Assembly: GCA_963805625.1 (NCBI GenBank)
Contig: CAWDVE010000017.1
Coordinates: 256,001-320,000 of the forward strand
Origin: an uncultured Candidatus Rokubacteria bacterium
GTDB lineage: Bacteria; Methylomirabilota; Methylomirabilia; Rokubacteriales; DASRDR01
Length of the DNA: 64,000 bases
Direction of reading: 5' to 3'
A model generated the notes under the pieces. That model saw only the letters and a program-made list of their open reading frames with translations, had not been told where the DNA came from and did not search any database. The stretch's first letter is position 1, and each line of letters begins with the position of its first letter. Shown here one piece after another: positions 38,820 through 47,210 of this stretch. A program made the translations under genes and the position numbers.

Positions 38820-39023
38820 CCGCCATGCTCCATGGACGTTCACCGTCGGATTGCCCGGACCGTCCGGGGGCGCCGCCGCGGCCCCTTTCTTCTTGAAGCT
38901 CTTCAGGCCCAGGCCTCAATCAGGGTCCCGTCGACAGTGAAGTGCTCCGCGGACAGGAGCGGCCGCGCCTTCGCCTGGGCCAGCACGCGCGCGAAGAAAG
39001 CCCGGGCGATGTCCCCCTGGAGC
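38820..39023 (-). pseudogene. IS5-family transposase internal remnant (frameshifted)
   Basis: Reverse strand LQGDIARAFFARVLAQAKARPLLSAEHFTVDGTLIEAWA, then after a shift KSFKKK...GNPTVN. Confidence 0.75.
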
Positions 39024-39079
39024 GGCGGCTCTTACAGCCTCGTCATCTCGAGCCCGGGACCGGTCCTCGGGAGCTGGTT

Positions 39080-40209
39080 GGCCAGTGGCGCCGGCCCCGG
39101 GGGCGGCCCCCACGTCAGCCTGATCGACGTCGCCACCGGCGTCTCCGTCCGCGGCTTCTTCGCCTCCACCTCCGGGTTCACCGGTGGCGCGCATGTGGCC
39201 GTCGGCGACGTGAACGGTGACGGCTTCCCCGACGTGGTGACGGGAGCGGGGCCGGGCGGTGGCCCCCACGTCAAGGTCTTCGACGGTGTCACCGGGGCCG
39301 AGATCCAGAGCTTCTTCGCCTACGCTCCGGGTTCACCGGTGGCGTCTACGTGGCCGCCAGTGACGTCAACGGCGACGGCAAGACCGACATCATCACCGGC
39401 GCCGGCCCGGGTGGCGGCCCCCACGTCAGGGTCTTCGACGGTGTCACGGGGGGCCGAGATCGAGGGCTTCTTCGCCTACGCCCCCGGGTTCACGACGGCG
39501 TCTTCGTCGGCGGCCAGTGAGGTCGGTGACGGCCGCCGTCGAGCGCAGTGCATTTTGGCACCAGGGTGATGGCCGCCGCGCAAGCAGGTGAGGTTTTGGT
39601 TTCCAGCACGGTACACGGCATCCTGAGGGGCTCGCGCTGTTTATTCGCTACGACAGTGACCATCCCTTCGGGCGGCTTCCTCATCAGCCTGGCGGAGACC
39701 TACACCCAAGGCGGAAACGTGCCGCCCCGGCGCGCCATCATCACGGGGGCGGGGCCAGGCGGCGGGCCACGTGCGCCTCGTCAACGCGGTTACAGGAGCG
39801 GAAATCTTCAGCTTCTTCGCTTACGCGCCGACCTTCGCCGGCGGCGTCCGGGTCGCCAGCGGAGACGTCAACGGCGATGGCGTACCCGACATCATCACGG
39901 GCGCCGGTCCGGGTGGGGGGCCCCACGTCCGGGTCTTCGACGGTGCGCCGGCTGTGGCCGGGAGTCTCGTGGAACTCTTGAGCTTCTTCGCCTACCACTC
40001 GAGCTTCACCGGGGGCGTCTTCGTCGGTGCCGCGGACCTCAACGGCGATGGCAAAGCGGACATCATTACGGGGGCGGGCAGCGGCGGCGGCCCGCACGTG
40101 AGAGTGTTCGATGGGGGCCACCGGGGCGCCGCTCGTGCCGCCCGATGGCGGCTTCTTCGCCTACGACCCGAACCTCACCGGCGGTGTCTTCGTAGCCGGA
40201 TTTCGCTGA
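39080..40209 (+). pseudogene. FG-GAP repeat protein remnant(s), several frameshifts
   Basis: Repeated [25 protein letters not shown]...FFAY units (about 156-nt period) spread over different frames. Confidence 0.75.
39543..39635 (+). pseudogene. Class III adenylate/guanylate cyclase C-terminal fragment
   Basis: AVHFGTRVMAAAQAGEVLVSSTVHGILRGS. Confidence 0.55.
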
Positions 40210-40689
40210 GGTCCGGCCCCGGCGGCCCTCGAGCGCCCACGATCGCGGTTCGGGCCCCCCAGCCGGATCGTCCGACACTCCGACACACCCACCGCGCGCG
40301 AGGCTCCCTGTCGGCCTCGGACCTGGACCTCGCCCGGCTGGCTTGCCGGCGCGAAGATCCAGAGGCGCTCGGGACCCGGCTGGTGAACTTCTGCCGCTGG
40401 CCGTCCTGGCTTTGGGCCCTCCCGAGGTGCGGCCTTGGCAGGTCGGGGGCCAGGAGATGCGGGCCCTCTTTCCGGTCGAGACCCCCCCAGCGGTCGCGGC
40501 ACTGATCCGAGCCCGCCGCCGCCGCCGGGCGAACGCTGGAAGCGAGAGGTGCGCACGCCCGAGGACATCGCCCGGGGCCTCGGGGGACTCGCGGAAGCGG
40601 ATGCGCTACTCGAAATCCCCGGCGGCCTGCCCTCGGGGCACGTGGCTGACATGATTCGAGCGGCACACGCAAGGCGTATTGCTGACACG

Positions 40690-40857
40690 GCGCAAGAGGC
40701 TGCGCGACTGGTGGTCAAGATCCAGCGTGGGGCGAACGCGGGGGACCTGCCGGTGGAGCGGCCGACGAAGATCAGGCTCGTCACTAACCTCGAGACCGCG
40801 AAGGCCCTCGGCCTCACGATCCCGCCGGCGGTGCTCGCGCGGGCGGATGAGGTGATT
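40690..40857 (+). pseudogene. ABC transporter substrate-binding protein C-terminal remnant, interrupted by IS
   Basis: KIQRGANAGDLPVERPTK...NLETAKALGLTIPPAVLARADEVI; the last codons CGG TGA lie at 42214-42219 after the IS. Confidence 0.75.
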
Positions 40858-42206
40858 GGCCAGGTGCCACACCATCTCGGTCGGAGAAGAGACGACTCGA
40901 GGGAAGGTGCCACCGCATCTCGGTCACTCGTGGAAGGGCTTGTGGGGAAAGACATAGGGCGCCTCACGCAAGAGAGGCTGCTGATCCGGCGCTCGACGCC
41001 GCAGGGCGTAGAAGCGGAGCATCCCGGCGGTGAGATCCAGCTCGCATCGCACCAGGCGGTGGGGCCAATGGGGCGCGACCTCCAGGGTGCGATTGAGCAG
41101 GCGCACCGTCCCCGCGTCCGAAGTGCGTCGCAGGAACAAGACCTCACCCTGCAGGCGGGCTTGCAGATCGGCCTGCCAGGCGACGGGGAACGGGCGGCGC
41201 GGCGGGGCGGCCTCGATCCGCGCGGCCGCCCGCTGATGGTAGGCGCGGATGTACCGGTCGGAGCGCTCCTGCAGGGCGGCCAGCGATTCGTGATGGAATC
41301 GGGTCCAGACCTTGGCCTGCCAGCGGCCGTTGAAGTTCTCGATGGCGGCTTGGAAGCCACTTTCCTGGGGTGGGGCGAAGACCGGGCGGACGCCCAGGCG
41401 CAGGCACGTGCGGACGACGCGACCCAGCGCATCGGGCCAGCGGTGCGTCCCGGTGAAGATGCTGTCATTGTCAAATTGGGCGTATGCCGGCAGGCCCCAT
41501 GTGCGCCAGTGCGCGACGAGCGCCGCCACCGCGGTGCTCGCCGTCACGAGCGGCTGCGGCCAGGCCCCGGGCAATCCCCCATACAAGGACACGACGGTCA
41601 GGACCTCCAGCTGCAGCCCCCCGGTGAGCGCCAAGCCCTCTACAATGTCGAAGCTGTCGAGCTCCCCCCGTCCCGGGGTGCCCGGGAGGTACCAGCCGGG
41701 GCGGGGCGGGGGCCGACGCAGCCGGCGAACACGATCCAGGACCCCCCGGCGGTACAGAATCCGGCCGATGGTGCGCACGGACGGCACGGCCGTCGCCGGC
41801 CGACGCGCCGCGAAGGCGCGGTGGATGGCCCGGGCGCCATACTCGCCCAGATCGCTGGTCGTCCTCAGGTCGTGCCGCAAGGTCATCACCAGCTGCTCCA
41901 CCGCCTCGGGGATCCGGTGGATGCGCTTGGCCACCCGTGGCTGATCGCTCCAGTCCACGTCGTCCAGGGCCTGCGCCCCGGCCCGGCGGTGCCACCACTG
42001 CACCGTGGACAGGCTCACTCCATGGGCGCGCGCCACCGCCCGCATAGAGGCCCCGGCCCGGACCTTCGCCACCAGCGTTCGCCGCGTCGCCTCTCGTCGC
42101 CGCCCCTTTTCGCCATGGCTCCCCCTCGCTCACAGGCTTTACTCCAGTATCACCGTGACCGAGATGCGCTGGCACCTAACCGACCGAGATGGTGTGGCAC
42201 CTGGCC
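40858..42206 (-). mobile_element. Insertion sequence (1349 bp) with perfect 27-bp IRs and 7-bp TSD
   Basis: IR ggccaggtgccacaccatctcggtcgg at 40858-40884 and its reverse complement at 42180-42206; TSD ggtgatt at 40851-40857 and 42207-42213. Confidence 0.92.
40924..42072 (-). CDS. HTH + integrase-core transposase (IS481-like, divergent)
   Basis: SMRAVARAHGVSLSTVQWW HTH, PSVRTIGRIL, DSFD, YAQFDND and AAIENFNG. Confidence 0.8.
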   Translation of the reverse strand: MAKVRAGASMRAVARAHGVSLSTVQWWHRRAGAQALDDVDWSDQPRVAKRIHRIPEAVEQLVMTLRHDLRTTSDLGEYGARAIHRAFAARRPATAVPSVRTIGRILYRRGVLDRVRRLRRPPPRPGWYLPGTPGRGELDSFDIVEGLALTGGLQLEVLTVVSLYGGLPGAWPQPLVTASTAVAALVAHWRTWGLPAYAQFDNDSIFTGTHRWPDALGRVVRTCLRLGVRPVFAPPQESGFQAAIENFNGRWQAKVWTRFHHESLAALQERSDRYIRAYHQRAAARIEAAPPRRPFPVAWQADLQARLQGEVLFLRRTSDAGTVRLLNRTLEVAPHWPHRLVRCELDLTAGMLRFYALRRRAPDQQPLLREAPYVFPHKPFHE

Positions 42207-42260
42207 GGTGATTCGGTGACGATCCTTGGGGTCCTGGGCTGACCCGCTAGGAGGCAACGG

Positions 42261-42623
42261 CGTGGCACACGAGGAGATCCGTTCTCGCTGGCGACCCGGA
42301 CAACCGGGGGCACCCTGGTGCACATCTCTGGGCAGGTCGCTCGGGGTGCGGATGGGCACACGGTCGGCCAGGGAGACATCGAGCGGCAGACCACCCAGGT
42401 TCTTGAGAATATCAAGGCGCTCGTGGAGGCAGCTGGGGGGACCCTCGCTCACGTGGCGCGGATTGTCGTGTACCTCACGAGCCGGAATCACCTTCCAACC
42501 GTCCTGAACGTACGCCGCCGGTACTTCCAGGAGCCGTACCCCGCCTCGACGGCGGTGGTCGTCGTGGGGTTGGCGGACCCGGAGTGGCTCGTCGAGATCG
42601 AGGCTACCGCCGTCCTGCCGTGA
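42261..42623 (+). pseudogene. RidA family protein, 5' end frameshifted or deleted
   Basis: HISGQVA, QTTQVLENI, PASTAVVV and LVEIEATA; the SD-preceded GTG at about 42262 is out of frame with the body. Confidence 0.65.
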
Positions 42624-42769
42624 ACACCGCATCGCGGCGCTGACCACTATGCCGATCCAGCGACTCCCGGGCCCGCCCCACGCGGTGACGCCCACGGCGA
42701 GGAACCAGGTGCTCTACTCGTCGAGCTAGTGGCCTACGGCGGACGACGGCCTGGCTAACCGAACGATGG

Positions 42770-43171
42770 ATGAGGCCAGCGCTCGGTGTCCTACTCGCTA
42801 TGCTCGGTGGCGCGGTGAAGACATCCGGGCCGCTCTCTTTCGGCGCGACAGCAATCTCCATTGCCCCGCTCGCAGCAGTCGGCGTCATCCTCGTCTACGG
42901 AGCCACCGCCATAGCCAGATGGTCCGATAGGAGCCTGATATTTGGTATCGTGGGCGTGGCTAGCGGCGCTCCTCTCGTCCTCCTCGGCCTCATCTTGAAG
43001 TTCGGGATTCCAGACAGCCCATCGGACGTGGCGGAGGCGGCGCGCCCGTTCCTGAGCGCCGGCGGTGTCCTCCTCGTAGTCGGAGCTGTGCTCATTGACG
43101 ACCTCGAGCCCGCATCCATCCGCAATCCCCGCGCAACCGCCGAGCCTGCCACCAGCCCGGCCGGTCGATAA
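42770..43171 (+). CDS. Hypothetical membrane protein
   Basis: 133-aa ORF with 3-4 hydrophobic segments and lower GC; no recognisable motif. Confidence 0.35.
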   Translation: MRPALGVLLAMLGGAVKTSGPLSFGATAISIAPLAAVGVILVYGATAIARWSDRSLIFGIVGVASGAPLVLLGLILKFGIPDSPSDVAEAARPFLSAGGVLLVVGAVLIDDLEPASIRNPRATAEPATSPAGR

Positions 43172-43250
43172 ATCTAACTTAACTTAGGCCTTCGGAGAGC
43201 CCGGGGCGATTCCACGGGACAAGCCCAACGGCGGGCGGTAGGCTACGGGC

Positions 43251-44171
43251 GTGCTGCCGAAGCCCGCCGACCCGGCGGCCGCCGCCTACTGGGATCTGAC
43301 CGTGACCCTGGGGACCGATGCTGTCGACACGGCCGAGGCCGTCACGAACCGCCTGTGGGAGCTGGGCGCCGTCGGCGTCGTCGAGGAGGTCACCCCGGGC
43401 GCGGCCGCGCTCCGCGCCTTCTTTCCGCCCGGCACCGATGCAGCGTCGCTCGCGAAGGACCTTGGCCACTACCTCGGCGATCTCGCGCCGCTCGCGCTGC
43501 CGGGTGCGGAGGCGAGCGTGCGGATCGCGCCCCTTCCCGACGAGCCGTGGGCCGATGCCTGGCGCGCTCACTTCCGGCCGGTCCCGGTGGGGCGGGGACT
43601 GCTCGTGTGCCCGCCGTGGGAGGTGCCGTGGCCGACGCTCGCGCAGGGCCGGCTGGTGGTGCTGATCGAGCCCGGGCGCGCCTTTGGCACCGGCGGCCAC
43701 GGGTCGACCAGGAGCTGCCTCGAGCTCCTCGAGCGGGCGCTCGCCGGTGGGGAGGTGTCCCACGCCCTCGACGTCGGGTGCGGGTCGGGCATCCTCGCGA
43801 TCGCCGCGGCCGCCCTCGGCATCCTGCGGGTGGACGCGATCGACCTGGACCCCGACGCGGTGGCCGCGACGGTGGAGAACGCCCGGCGCAACGCCGTGGC
43901 GGACCGGGTGCGCCCGGCGGTGGCGGGCGTCGACGGCTGGGCCGGCCCCGCGGCGCCGCTCGTCCTCGCGAATCTCCTCGCGTCCGCCCACGTCACGCTC
44001 GCGCCCACGCTTACGGCGCTGGTCGTGCCGGGCGGGAGCCTGATCGCAGGCGGGCTCCTGGCCCACGAGGTGCCGGCAGTGGCGGGCGTCTTCGCGGCGG
44101 AGGGCTGCTGGCTCGTCGAGCTCGCCGAGGACGACGGATGGGCCGCGCTCCTCCTGCGCCGAGGGAGATGA
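43251..44171 (+). CDS. prmA: Ribosomal protein L11 methyltransferase
   Basis: WADAWRAHFRP, IEPGRAFGTGGHGST, LDVGCGSGILAI and VLANL; followed by rsmE. Confidence 0.9.
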   Translation: MLPKPADPAAAAYWDLTVTLGTDAVDTAEAVTNRLWELGAVGVVEEVTPGAAALRAFFPPGTDAASLAKDLGHYLGDLAPLALPGAEASVRIAPLPDEPWADAWRAHFRPVPVGRGLLVCPPWEVPWPTLAQGRLVVLIEPGRAFGTGGHGSTRSCLELLERALAGGEVSHALDVGCGSGILAIAAAALGILRVDAIDLDPDAVAATVENARRNAVADRVRPAVAGVDGWAGPAAPLVLANLLASAHVTLAPTLTALVVPGGSLIAGGLLAHEVPAVAGVFAAEGCWLVELAEDDGWAALLLRRGR

Positions 44172-44203
44172 GGGCGCATGCCGCACCTCGTCCCGCCGGG
44201 TGA

Positions 44204-44986
44204 GTGAACGTGCCCCGGGTATTCGTCCGCCCTGAGGCCGTCGGCGCGGACCGCGTCCGGTTCGACGCCGACGAGGCTCATCACCTTCGCCGCGTGCTGA
44301 GGCTCCGGCCCGGCGCCATCGTCGATGCGACCGACGGGACTGGCCGTCTCTACACGGTCCGGCTCGTGGCTCTTGAGGCCGAGGGCGGGTGGGGGGCCAT
44401 CGAGGCACGCGCCGAGCCGGAGCGGGAGTCGCCGTGCGCGATCACCCTCGCTCAGGCGATCCTGAAGGGGGACCGCATGAGCTGGCTCGTCCAGAAGGCC
44501 ACGGAGCTCGGCGTGTCGCGGATCGTGCCCATGGAGACCGCGCGCGTCGTGGCCCGCCGCGCCGCGGGGGGGGCGGCTCGCCACGCCCGTTGGGAGCGGA
44601 TCGCCCGCGAGGCCGTCAAGCAGTGCGGGCGGGTCGTCGTGCCGGTGATCGACCGGCCGCGAGCGTTCGGGGAGGTGGCGGGTGAGATTGCGGGGCACGA
44701 CGCCGCGTGGGTCTTCTGGGAGGGCGGCGGCCAGGCGCTCGCCGCGACGGCTGCGGAGGCAGGCTCGCCAGCCCGTCTATTGCTCCTGGTCGGCCCGGAG
44801 GGGGGCTTCACGTTCGAGGAGGTCGGCGTGGCCGAAGTGGCGGGGGCGCACCTCGTGAGCCTCGGCCCGCGGATCCTCCGCGCCGAGTCGGCGGGGCTCG
44901 CGGCGGTTGCCCTCTGCCAGTTCCTCTTCGGGGACCTGGGAGGACGGCGGCACGGGTCCGGGCGGAGAGGGGAGGGTCAGCCGTGA
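44204..44986 (+). CDS. rsmE: 16S rRNA m3U1498 methyltransferase
   Basis: HHLRRVLRL, QKATELGV, EAVKQCGR, VGPEGGF and LGPRILRAESA. Confidence 0.93.
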   Translation: MNVPRVFVRPEAVGADRVRFDADEAHHLRRVLRLRPGAIVDATDGTGRLYTVRLVALEAEGGWGAIEARAEPERESPCAITLAQAILKGDRMSWLVQKATELGVSRIVPMETARVVARRAAGGAARHARWERIAREAVKQCGRVVVPVIDRPRAFGEVAGEIAGHDAAWVFWEGGGQALAATAAEAGSPARLLLLVGPEGGFTFEEVGVAEVAGAHLVSLGPRILRAESAGLAAVALCQFLFGDLGGRRHGSGRRGEGQP

Positions 44987-45405
44987 CGCCCGAGGGCTAC
45001 GAGTACTTCGATGTGGCGGCGGAGGTCGGCGTTGCGGCCTGGGGGGAGGATCTTCCAGGGTGCCTCCGGCAGTGCGCCCTCGGGGTCTTCAACCTGATCG
45101 TGCCGACCGCCGCAGTCCAGCCGCTCGAGGGCCGCGAGGTGGCGGCACGCGGGGTGTCCGTCGAAGCGCTTCTCGTGAACTGGTTGAACGAATGCCTCTA
45201 CGTTCACGATCTCGAGGGCTTCGTCGTCTCCGACGTGGTCCGGCCCGAGATCACGCCGACTGGGGTGCACGCTCTCCTTCGCGGCGAGCCCGTCGATCCA
45301 TCACGGCACCCTCGAGGCACGGTCGTGAAGGCGGCCACGTCTCATGGTCTCGAGGTTTGCGAAACGCCAGGTCGGGTGAGTGCCCGTGTCTTACTCAACA
45401 TATGA
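44983..45405 (+). CDS. Archease
   Basis: YEYFDVAAEVGV, LLVNWLNE and VKAATSHGL; GTGA overlap with rsmE. Confidence 0.85.
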   Translation: MTPEGYEYFDVAAEVGVAAWGEDLPGCLRQCALGVFNLIVPTAAVQPLEGREVAARGVSVEALLVNWLNECLYVHDLEGFVVSDVVRPEITPTGVHALLRGEPVDPSRHPRGTVVKAATSHGLEVCETPGRVSARVLLNI

Positions 45406-45556
45406 TGGTCATATTACGTGTGAGAAACATCGGGGTGTTGTGCCATGCTGTCACGATGCAACGATCCAGAACTTGGCCCGAGTCCAGTGGCGACGTCCCG
45501 ACATCGATAGATCGAGATTTCGGATAGTTACGGCTTGGCAAAGAGCCAAGATCGAT

Positions 45557-45572
45557 TGGCATTCGGCTTGCT
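45557..45572 (+). promoter_or_regulatory. Sigma54 (-24/-12) promoter upstream of lpxC
   Basis: TGGCATTCGGCTTGCT has GG-N10-GC spacing and fits TGGCAC-N5-TTGCW; 38 nt before the ATG. Confidence 0.7.
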
Positions 45573-45610
45573 TCCCTCCCCCGCCCGGGACTATGGAGGG
45601 TCCCCGATCA

Positions 45611-46531
45611 ATGGAACTTCAGCACTCGATCCGGAAGCCGGTGACGTGCGAAGGAGTGGGCTTGCACACCGGCGTGCCGGTGACGATGGCGCTCCTGCCC
45701 GCTCCCCCGGATCACGGTGTTGTCTTCATCGTCGGCCCCGAGCGCGTTCGCGTCCCGGTCTGCCCCGAGTCGCTCCTCAATGGTCACTACGCGACGACGA
45801 TCGGCGCCGAGGGGATCCAGATCCAGACAGTCGAGCACCTCCTGGCGGCGGTCCGCGGGCTCGGGATCGACAACCTTCTGATCGAGCTGGACGGGCCCGA
45901 ACTACCCGCGATGGACGGGAGCTCGGCGCCATTCGTGTCGCTCCTCTACATGGCGGGGCGCGAGGCCCAGGTCGCCGTACGGCGCGCGCCGCTTCGGGTG
46001 ATCGAGGCGATCCGGGTCGGTGACGAGCATCGCTGGCTGCAGATCTTGCCGGCGGCCGAGTTCCGCGTCAGCTACACGCTTGATCACGAGCACCCCGCCG
46101 TGGGGGTGCAGGTGGCGTCGTTCGTGCCGACCGAGCGGATCTTCGTCGAGGAGCTCGCGCCCGCGCGGACGTACGGCTTCCTGAAGGATCTCGAGCTGCT
46201 GCGGCAGCAGGGGCTCGCACTCGGCGGCTCCCTGGCCAACGCCGTCGTGGTGGGGCAGGAGCGGATCCTGAACGGTGCCCTGCGGTTCCAGGACGAGTTC
46301 GTGCGCCACAAGATCCTCGACGTGGTCGGGGACCTGACGCTGGTCGGCCGCCCGGTGCTAGGCCACGTCGTGGCGCGAAATGCCGGGCACGCGCTGAACC
46401 ACGTCCTGGTGCGGGAGCTCGTGAAGACTGCGCGACGATGGGAAGATGCGGCGTCGCCCCGTACCCCGCTCCGCGTCGAGGCGCCCTGGGAAGGGGCGAC
46501 CCGGCGACGCTCCCGCGTCGCCGCCCACTGA
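45611..46531 (+). CDS. lpxC: UDP-3-O-acyl-N-acetylglucosamine deacetylase
   Basis: GVGLHTG, TVEHLLAA, ELPAMDGS, APARTYGF and EFVRHKILD. Confidence 0.95.
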   Translation: MELQHSIRKPVTCEGVGLHTGVPVTMALLPAPPDHGVVFIVGPERVRVPVCPESLLNGHYATTIGAEGIQIQTVEHLLAAVRGLGIDNLLIELDGPELPAMDGSSAPFVSLLYMAGREAQVAVRRAPLRVIEAIRVGDEHRWLQILPAAEFRVSYTLDHEHPAVGVQVASFVPTERIFVEELAPARTYGFLKDLELLRQQGLALGGSLANAVVVGQERILNGALRFQDEFVRHKILDVVGDLTLVGRPVLGHVVARNAGHALNHVLVRELVKTARRWEDAASPRTPLRVEAPWEGATRRRSRVAAH

Positions 46532-46619
46532 AGGGGCGCTCTCCCCGGCCCGCTCGTCCTCCTCGCCGCCGCGCCCGCGGTGGAGTCCTCTCCGGAGCCA
46601 GGGGCTATAATGCTCTGCT

Positions 46620-47210
46620 ATGTCCAGGCGGCGCTGGCCGACCGGGATCCTGGCGGTCGCGCTGGGTCTCCTACTCGTGGCGGGAGCGGCATCGGGCGCC
46701 GTCGCGCCCCTCCGGATCTCGAACTTGGTCGTCACGAATTCGGACAGCACGCTCCTGGTGACCCTGGTCCTGCTGGGCGCCATGCCCGACGGCATCGTCG
46801 AGGGACTGGGGACGGGGATCCCGGCGGCCGTGCGCTTCCAGGTCGAGCTCTGGCAGTACAACTCCTGGTGGGTGGATCGCCGGGTGGTGGCCAAGCTCGT
46901 GGAGCGCCAGGTCGTCTACGACGTCCTGACGAAGGAGTTTCGCGTCGCCGCTCTTCAGGGCGAGGAGCGCGAGCCCTACGTCACGCGTGACGTCTGGGAG
47001 GCCGAGCGGGTGCTGTCGGAGCTCCGTGGCTTCAAGCTGACGCAGATGACGCATCTCAACCTGGACGAGCTCTACTACGTGCGAGTGCGGGCCGAGGTCC
47101 GGTCCGGCGCGCCGGACTCCTCCGTCTCCAGGATCCTGCCCTTCGTGTCCTCTCGGGCGGAGACGCCCTGGGAGCAGACGCCGCTCCTCACGCTCCGGCG
47201 GGCCCGATGA
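46620..47210 (+). CDS. DUF4390 domain periplasmic protein
   Basis: Signal peptide; VVYDVLTKEF; typical position upstream of ntrY; TATAAT at 46606-46611. Confidence 0.75.
   Translation: MSRRRWPTGILAVALGLLLVAGAASGAVAPLRISNLVVTNSDSTLLVTLVLLGAMPDGIVEGLGTGIPAAVRFQVELWQYNSWWVDRRVVAKLVERQVVYDVLTKEFRVAALQGEEREPYVTRDVWEAERVLSELRGFKLTQMTHLNLDELYYVRVRAEVRSGAPDSSVSRILPFVSSRAETPWEQTPLLTLRRAR

Noticed and set aside
39080-40209. CRISPR array or DGR-type repeat
   Set aside because: The repeats are long, degenerate at codon level and encode FG-GAP motifs. There are no unique spacers, cas genes or reverse transcriptase.
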